Source: a virus (lineage: Duplodnaviria; Caudoviricetes). Taken from it: a DNA stretch of 54,978 bases. The notes beneath the pieces were generated by a model. That model ran no database searches. It was not told the origin of the DNA and worked only from the letters and a program-made list of their open reading frames with translations. Every line of letters begins with the position of its first letter. Within the stretch, counting starts at the first letter, position 1. Of this stretch, positions 1 through 5,790 are shown one piece after another. The translations under genes and the position numbers were made by a program. The stretch covers positions 1 through 54,978 of IMG/VR virus record IMGVR_UViG_3300048839_001570; one strand, written 5' to 3'.

Positions 1-1
1 G

Positions 2-703
2 GCCGTCCCGGTCGCGAACGCGCTGCGCAACTTCGGCCAGGAGCCGAACCTGATCTACACCGGGCTGCAGCAGGGCTTCATGGTGCAGGTGAAGCTCTCG
101 ATCTTCGGAGGCTTCATCTTCGCCTTCCCGATCATCGCCCACCAGCTCTGGCGTTTCGTCGCGCCCGGTCTCTACCGTACCGAGAAGCAGGCGTTCCTGC
201 CGTTCCTGATCGCCTCCCCGGTGCTGTTCTTCATCGGCGGCACGTTCGCCTACTTCGTCGTCCTGCCCATCGCGTTCAACTTCTTCCTCGGCTTCCAGCA
301 GTTCGCCAACGAGGGCGCGATGGGGGTCGAGGACCTGACGATCCAGTACCTCGGCACGATCAACGAGTACCTCGACCTGACGATGAAATTCATCATCGCG
401 TTCGGCCTGTGCTTCCAGCTGCCGGTGCTGCTGACGCTGATGGGCAAGGCCGGGCTCGTCTCGGCCGAGGGACTCGGGCGGGTGCGCAAGTACGCTGTCG
501 TGGCGATCCTCGTGGTGGCGGCGCTGGTGACGCCGCCCGACGTGATCTCGCAGCTCGTGCTGTTTGCCGCGGTCTATCCGCTCTACGAGATCTCCATCGT
601 GCTCGTGCGCATGGTCGAGCGCAAGCGCGAGGCGGAGCTGCGCGCGGCGGGGCTGTGGGACGAGGAGGTCGACGGCACCGGCGCGGTGAAGGACGAGCCG
701 TGA
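2..703 (+). CDS. tatC: Twin-arginine translocase subunit TatC (5' truncated by window)
   Basis: Frame open from position 2; multiple TM segments; TatC motifs QLWRFVAPGLY, FGLCFQLPV, TPPDVISQ, LYEISI. Confidence 0.96.
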   Translation, partial: AVPVANALRNFGQEPNLIYTGLQQGFMVQVKLSIFGGFIFAFPIIAHQLWRFVAPGLYRTEKQAFLPFLIASPVLFFIGGTFAYFVVLPIAFNFFLGFQQFANEGAMGVEDLTIQYLGTINEYLDLTMKFIIAFGLCFQLPVLLTLMGKAGLVSAEGLGRVRKYAVVAILVVAALVTPPDVISQLVLFAAVYPLYEISIVLVRMVERKREAELRAAGLWDEEVDGTGAVKDEP

Positions 704-1557
704 GCCCGTCGGAGGCAGCGCTGGAGCGCATCGCGGCGGCGCTGGAGCGGATGTCGCCGGCGCCGGGGGCGGCGCCGGATCTCGGGGCGGCGGACGCGTT
801 CGTCTGGCTGACCGGGCCGGACCGGCTGGTGCCGGTGCCGGCGGTGGCGCGGGTGGAGATCGGGCTTCTGGTCGGCATCGGGCGGGCGCGGGACACGCTG
901 CTGGCCAACACGGTGCAGTTCGCGAAGGGCTATCCGGCCAACAACGTGCTGCTCTGGGGCGCGCGGGGCATGGGCAAGTCGAGCCTCGTGAAGGCGGCCC
1001 ACGCCGAGGCGGCGAAGGGCGTTCCGGGGGTGCTCAAGCTCGTCGAGATCCACCGCGAGGACCTGCCGTCGATCGGGCGGCTGCTCGGGCTGCTGCGGGG
1101 CAGCGGCAGGCGGTTCATCCTGTTCTGCGACGACCTGTCGTTCGACCGAGACGACAGCCATTACAAGAGTTTGAAGGCCGTTCTTGACGGCGGGATCGAG
1201 GGCCGGCCCGAGAACGTGGTGCTCTACGCGACCTCGAACCGGCGCCACCTGATGCCGCGGGAGATGATCGAGAACGAGCGCCAGGCGGGCATCAACCCGT
1301 CCGAGGCGGTCGAGGAGAAGGTGTCGCTGTCGGACCGGTTCGGCCTGTGGCTCGGGTTCCACCCGTGCAGCCAGGACGACTACCTGGCGATGATCCGGGG
1401 CTATTGCGATGCCTACGGGATCGACATCGACGACCCGACGCTGCGGGCCGAGGCGATCGAGTGGCAGCAGACTCGCGGCTCGCGCTCGGGGCGGGTGGCG
1501 TGGCAGTACGTGACGGACCTCGCGGGGCGGCGGGGGGTGCGGATCGGTGGCGGGTGA
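700..1557 (+). CDS. DUF815-family AAA+ ATPase
   Basis: GTG at 700 overlaps the tatC TGA; Walker A GARGMGKS, Walker B ILFCDD, YATSNRRHL, EEKVSLSDRFGLWLGF; commonly follows tatC in Rhodobacterales. Confidence 0.92.
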   Translation: MSPSEAALERIAAALERMSPAPGAAPDLGAADAFVWLTGPDRLVPVPAVARVEIGLLVGIGRARDTLLANTVQFAKGYPANNVLLWGARGMGKSSLVKAAHAEAAKGVPGVLKLVEIHREDLPSIGRLLGLLRGSGRRFILFCDDLSFDRDDSHYKSLKAVLDGGIEGRPENVVLYATSNRRHLMPREMIENERQAGINPSEAVEEKVSLSDRFGLWLGFHPCSQDDYLAMIRGYCDAYGIDIDDPTLRAEAIEWQQTRGSRSGRVAWQYVTDLAGRRGVRIGGG

Positions 1558-1591
1558 AGGGGTTAACGCCCGTTCCTGCCGTATTTCCAGC

Positions 1592-1611
1592 GTAGTCCTT
1601 TTGTAGTCCTT
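1592..1611. repeat. Tandem direct repeat GTAGTCCTT x2
   Basis: GTAGTCCTT at 1592-1600 and 1603-1611, abutting the putative IS end. Confidence 0.8.
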
Positions 1612-1634
1612 CGGCATTATGTAGCAAACGCACC
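1612..1634 (+). repeat. Putative terminal inverted repeat CGGCATTATGTAGCAAACGCACC
   Basis: Fits the CGGnnTT end consensus and lies at the host/low-GC boundary; partner IR not seen in window. Confidence 0.6.
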
Positions 1635-1656
1635 AACCCCCGGATGTGGGGGTTGG
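1633..1656. other. Hairpin, 9-bp stem
   Basis: CCAACCCCC-GGATGT-GGGGGTTGG; no U-tract. Confidence 0.6.
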
Positions 1657-1701
1657 CGGTGAGGGGTAGGCAAGAATCGATCGCGCTGGCATCGTGTGCC
1701 G

Positions 1702-2613
1702 ATGCGCGAATTTCAGCTTCCACTTTCAATCACCTACGAAACGCAAGGCTCCACTCCAATTTCCGATGTGATCGCCGCGCTTCAGGCAACGGAGGCCCTG
1801 TCCCGCGAGGCCATCGACCTCTTGCCGAGCTTCGTTCCGGGCTTGGCAATCCAGTCGAGTTCCTTCAATGTTCTAAGGCTATCGCAGGAGAGCCCGCTTC
1901 GAGAGCTTTTCCTGCTGACGCTGATCGTGGCGTTCCAAGACGACCTGAAGGCTGAGGTCCCACCGATGCTGGAGCATCTGCTCGGGGTCACGATAAGCGA
2001 TCAGTACGACACGATCGCCACGGTGGCGTTCATGATCGTCCTGTTCTATGGGGCTGGATTTGCCGTAGATGCGGTGGCGCGGACCGTTGCGGGACGCCGC
2101 GTGCACGAGACATTCGATGACGTTGCGGAGGATCTATCTAAGAGGTCAGGTTTATCGCATGCCGAGATAAAGATGGTGCTGGAATCTCGGTTCGCGAGGC
2201 CTCCGGCAATGCGTCGGTTGGCTCGCAACGCCGTTGATTTCTTTATCCCGAGCAAACGAGACGGCTCCGCCAGTGTCACATTAGATCGCAAGCGCATCGA
2301 GCCTTCAGTCGTATCCGAGGTGCCTTTTGCGAAGCAACTTAATGACGCCTCAGACTTTAACAAATACATGCCGCTGGCGGCAGCAAGAATACTCCTGCAC
2401 ATGCAAGATAGAGACCGAAAATCACTTGGCTGGGCTGCGGTCGTCCCAGATGTGAGCCAGGATCGCCTGAAGCTTAAGCTTATGGACGATGTGCGTCCAA
2501 GCGATTTGTGGAACAAGGACGAAGTCACAGGGGATATTGTTGTCGTTCACAGTCTAACAAGTGCGGGATTTGTGCCGAGCGAAATCCACCTAAGCCGGAT
2601 CATTTCAGACTGA
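1702..2613 (+). CDS. Hypothetical protein with one TM-like segment (IS cargo)
   Basis: 303-aa ORF with atypical codon usage; hydrophobic stretch IATVAFMIVLFYGAGFAV. Confidence 0.75.
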   Translation: MREFQLPLSITYETQGSTPISDVIAALQATEALSREAIDLLPSFVPGLAIQSSSFNVLRLSQESPLRELFLLTLIVAFQDDLKAEVPPMLEHLLGVTISDQYDTIATVAFMIVLFYGAGFAVDAVARTVAGRRVHETFDDVAEDLSKRSGLSHAEIKMVLESRFARPPAMRRLARNAVDFFIPSKRDGSASVTLDRKRIEPSVVSEVPFAKQLNDASDFNKYMPLAAARILLHMQDRDRKSLGWAAVVPDVSQDRLKLKLMDDVRPSDLWNKDEVTGDIVVVHSLTSAGFVPSEIHLSRIISD

Positions 2614-2824
2614 TTGTATCTACCCCGATTGCTCGGAGGCATTGCACAAAGAACACGGCGGAGAACCCGCCGCGTGCCACCTTGTTCCGCAGGTTAACCG
2701 GCGTCTCCTTCAAGCCATGCTCGGCCAGCCTCTCGGCCAACTGGTCATAGGTGATGCCTCGCCGTGTCATTTCTGCGCGAAGGATGCCCTTCACCAGATT
2801 GACCCACTCGTCGTCCGACTTCAT
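2600..2824 (-). CDS. DUF6471-like small HTH protein
   Basis: WVNLVKGILRAEMTRRGITYDQLAERL...NKVARGGFSAVFFVQCLRAIG; GGAGG SD; divergent from transposase. Confidence 0.85.
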   Translation of the reverse strand: MKSDDEWVNLVKGILRAEMTRRGITYDQLAERLAEHGLKETPVNLRNKVARGGFSAVFFVQCLRAIGVDTISLK

Positions 2825-2849
2825 GGTGCGCGCCTCCGCTCCAGTTACG

Positions 2850-2916
2850 TACGCCACCATAATCGTTACGTTTGCCATTGACAACGGCCCGCTACGCCAC
2901 CACATTCGCTACATAA
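2850..2916. promoter_or_regulatory. Divergent promoter region with 22-bp imperfect direct repeats
   Basis: TACGCCACCATAATCGTTACGT (2850-2871) and TACGCCACCACATTCGCTACAT (2893-2914), 18/22 identical; TTGACA(2878)-N17-CACATT(2901). Confidence 0.65.
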
Positions 2917-2933
2917 ATAGCGAAAGCGATGAC

Positions 2934-3896
2934 ATGGCCCAGCACTTCCTCCTTTCCGCCGCAGCCCGGACCCTCAAGCTCCGCGACGTGTACCGCATGT
3001 CCGACGAGCAGGCGTTCGACGCGTTCAAGGCGATCCGCTTTGCGGAGAACGGCGGGGAAGCGTTCTGCCCGGAGTGTGGGTGCTGCGATCCCTACTTCAT
3101 CGCCACGCGCCGCAAGTGGAAGTGCCGCGCCTGCGGCAAGCAGTTCAGCGCCACCAGCGGGACGATATTCGCCTCCCGCAAGATGGCGTTCGTGGACCTG
3201 CTCGCGGCGATCTGCATCTTCACCAACTGCGCCAAGGGCATCTCGGCGCTCCAGCTCTCCCGCGATCTGGATTGCCAGTACAAGACCGCGTTCGTCCTGG
3301 CGCACAAGCTCCGCGAGGCGATGGCGAAGGGCAATGACGACGTGACGCTTTCCGGCACGGTCGAGATCGACGGCGCGTACTTCGGCGGGCACGTCCGCCC
3401 GGAGAACCGCAAGGAAGATCGGAAGGACCGCCGCCTGTCTGAGAACCGCGACCCGGATCGGCGCGTGGTCGTCGTGCTTCGCCAGCGCAAGGGCCGCACC
3501 CTGCCGTTCGTGGTGCCCCGCGAGGCCGAGGGAGCCGCCATCGTCCGCGAGCGCGTCGCTCCCGGCACCGAGCTACATGCGGACGAGGGGCCTCATTGGG
3601 ACGCGCTGGAGGCCCATTACGCAGCCCGGCGGATCAACCACGGCGAGGCGTATAGCTGGGACGGTGCCTGCACCAATCAGGCCGAGAGCTACTTTGCACG
3701 CCTGCGCCGCGCCGTGGTCGGGCAGCACCACCACGTCTCGCACCGCTACCTGCACCAGTACGCGAACGAAGCCGCTTGGCGTGAGGATCACGCCCGCACC
3801 GCCAACGGCACGCAGCACCGGAACGTGCTGACGGCAGCGCTGCACTCGCCGGTCAGCCGCCAGTGGAAGGGATACTGGCAGCGGGCGGCGGCTTAG
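2934..3896 (+). CDS. IS1595-family transposase
   Basis: Starts MAQHFLLS; Zn ribbon CPECG...CRAC; HTH GISALQLSRDL; catalytic-region motifs VEIDGAYFGG, LHADE, NQAESYF, YANEAAWRED. Confidence 0.95.
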   Translation: MAQHFLLSAAARTLKLRDVYRMSDEQAFDAFKAIRFAENGGEAFCPECGCCDPYFIATRRKWKCRACGKQFSATSGTIFASRKMAFVDLLAAICIFTNCAKGISALQLSRDLDCQYKTAFVLAHKLREAMAKGNDDVTLSGTVEIDGAYFGGHVRPENRKEDRKDRRLSENRDPDRRVVVVLRQRKGRTLPFVVPREAEGAAIVRERVAPGTELHADEGPHWDALEAHYAARRINHGEAYSWDGACTNQAESYFARLRRAVVGQHHHVSHRYLHQYANEAAWREDHARTANGTQHRNVLTAALHSPVSRQWKGYWQRAAA

Positions 3897-5455
3897 ACAA
3901 AGCCGACCAAGCGGGGATCGATCATATCACCTTCCTTGGTCTTGATCGTCTGTGAGCCCGCAAATGGAAGCATTAGTTCAAGTTGGTCCTTATCCCGCTT
4001 CCTCGCGGTCCCGCGGAACAAGTGTTCTGGCCGTGGCAATGGGGGCAGATTTGGGAAATGGCCATTTATCAACTCTTCCGCCGTAACAATCTGCACTCGC
4101 GGCATCCGCCCATGCGGGGTTCTTGGAACAAATCCGTAATTGGCAGCATCCGCCTTCATGCCCTTAGTCGGTTCGTTGAGTGTCACAAGTACCCCCATTT
4201 CGGCATTCTCTCTCTCGACCGTTCCCGCCAAATCCCTTACCATCGTGGGACTGAGGTTGTTCCCGCCCTTGACAGAGATAATTATGCGCCCAAGGCCATA
4301 CGGCCCGTTTGAAAAATAAATGTTGGCATCAATTCCTTTGTCTCCTCCTTTCTTGGAGTCGTACGTTTGAGCCCCGAGCTTCCAGGCCGCCCACCACTGG
4401 AACTGATACTTATCTCGTTCTGCAAGAGCGCGTGCCCCGGCCAAGTCGGTTGGGCGTCCATAGATTGAAAACGTCGCGTTTGGTCTTCGACTCTTAAGGC
4501 GGTTTTCGATAACCGAGATGGCATAGTGGGTAATGTCAATTCCGATCCACTGGCGGCTAAGCCTCTCCGCCGCCTCGATTGTTGTTCCACAGCCACAGAA
4601 CGGATCAAATATAACTGCACCTTCAGGCGACGATGCACTAATGATCCTTTCCAATAGTGCCAGAGGTTTCTGAGTTGGATAACCTACTCGCTCCCTAGAC
4701 GAAGAAGAAATGATGGGTATTGGCCACACATCGGAGACAGCTTTACCGCCAGCGATGATTTCTTCCACACGACGCATTTTGTTTTTCGAATTGCCGCGAC
4801 CACCGGGCATCCAAATCCACTCTACACCATCGCCGTCTACGTGAATTTTTTGTTTCCGCGAACGCTGCAGGTCCTCTCTGGTCCACTCAGTCTTAGGCAT
4901 CTTAAAAAATGCATCTTCGCTATTGGCGTAAAAAAGAATAACGTCATGCTTTCTGTTGTAGAACCTCGGGAGATCCATTAGCCTAAATGAATAATCCCAA
5001 ATTATTTCATTTCTAAAGTTTTTTACGCCCCAAATTGCATCAAGAATGATTTTAAGGTAATGGCTTGCTGCTGGATCGCAATGAAGGTAGACGCTGCCTG
5101 TCGGCTTAAGCACTCTCCGAAGTTCTACAAGCCTGACAGCCATCATCGAAAGGTATGCAAGCCGTCCACTGGTGCCAAACCACTTCCGAAAAGACTCCAT
5201 GAGTATGGAAAGGTCTCCCCTCATTCTCATGATATCGTCGTAAGCTTGGGCAGCTGAAGGCCCCCACGTCCAGGTGTCTCGAAACGCTTCGGCCTGTGCC
5301 TCAGAAACAGCTCCTGATTTATCTGAGAAGATCACGCTGTAGTTTGCATTCGAATTGAAGGGGGGGTCGAGGTAGATCAAATCTACGCTCTCGTCCTTGA
5401 TGACGCCTGAAGTGCGGAGAACCGTTAGGTTATCGCCAAAATGCAGACTGTTCAT
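3893..5455 (-). CDS. Beta-class N4/N6 DNA methyltransferase fused to C-terminal Mrr-like PD-(D/E)xK nuclease domain
   Basis: Motif IV YLDPPF precedes motif I DPFCGCGT; YPTQKP; C-terminal GDKGIDA...IIISVKGG. Confidence 0.88.
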   Translation of the reverse strand: MNSLHFGDNLTVLRTSGVIKDESVDLIYLDPPFNSNANYSVIFSDKSGAVSEAQAEAFRDTWTWGPSAAQAYDDIMRMRGDLSILMESFRKWFGTSGRLAYLSMMAVRLVELRRVLKPTGSVYLHCDPAASHYLKIILDAIWGVKNFRNEIIWDYSFRLMDLPRFYNRKHDVILFYANSEDAFFKMPKTEWTREDLQRSRKQKIHVDGDGVEWIWMPGGRGNSKNKMRRVEEIIAGGKAVSDVWPIPIISSSSRERVGYPTQKPLALLERIISASSPEGAVIFDPFCGCGTTIEAAERLSRQWIGIDITHYAISVIENRLKSRRPNATFSIYGRPTDLAGARALAERDKYQFQWWAAWKLGAQTYDSKKGGDKGIDANIYFSNGPYGLGRIIISVKGGNNLSPTMVRDLAGTVERENAEMGVLVTLNEPTKGMKADAANYGFVPRTPHGRMPRVQIVTAEELINGHFPNLPPLPRPEHLFRGTARKRDKDQLELMLPFAGSQTIKTKEGDMIDPRLVGFV

Positions 5456-5485
5456 CGTCGCAAGTCCTCTTTGTCTGCATACGCA

Positions 5486-5510
5486 GAACAGGCGCAGAAC
5501 GGGGTGTCAA
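5486..5510 (-). promoter_or_regulatory. Alphaproteobacterial LexA-type box (GTTC-N7-GTTC) beside a TTGACA -35, upstream of the methyltransferase
   Basis: Minus strand reads TTGACA-CCCC-GTTC-TGCGCCT-GTTC, 30 nt before the ATG at 5455. Confidence 0.65.
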
Positions 5511-5607
5511 GAGAAATTGTAGGATTGCGAAGGCTTTTGGGCAGGTATGGCGATGGTGTTCGTGTACTGGCGCGCGCAATCACGGGTGAGGCGCGGTCTG
5601 CATCCGG

Positions 5608-5790
5608 TCACCGGGCAACCCATGCGCCGCCCTCCCGCCTGACCAGCCCCGCCGTCTCCATACGCCGCAGCGTGACGTTCACGCCCCAGCACACGCGCCT
5701 GAGCGGCTTGTCGGGATAATCGGTCGCAACGTGCCGGGCGATCTCCACGCCCCTGAGCGGTCCGCTCCTGAGCGCTGCGAGGATCTGGCG
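5608..5790 (-). pseudogene. 5'-truncated winged-helix-like ORF
   Basis: RQILAALRSGPLRGVEIARHVA...LRRMETAGLVRREGGAWVAR*; no start codon, begins right after the TAG at 5791-5793. Confidence 0.55.

Larger units (their letters stand above)
1612..5790. mobile_element. IS1595-family (ISNha5-like) passenger-carrying element, right end not found
   Basis: Starts CGGCATT (recalled ISNha5 end consensus CGGnnTT); contains IS1595 transposase, divergent DUF6471 gene and AT-richer cargo. Confidence 0.7.

Noticed and set aside
1558-1700. tRNA at the integration boundary
   Set aside because: No cloverleaf or T-loop GTTCRA with CCA end visible
1859-1873. GTTC-N7-GTTC LexA-like match
   Set aside because: Inside a CDS about 160 nt past the start; chance matches are expected
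2905-2921. Candidate right IR of the IS
   Set aside because: Lacks the terminal TGCCG and lies upstream of the transposase; kept only as a possible binding site
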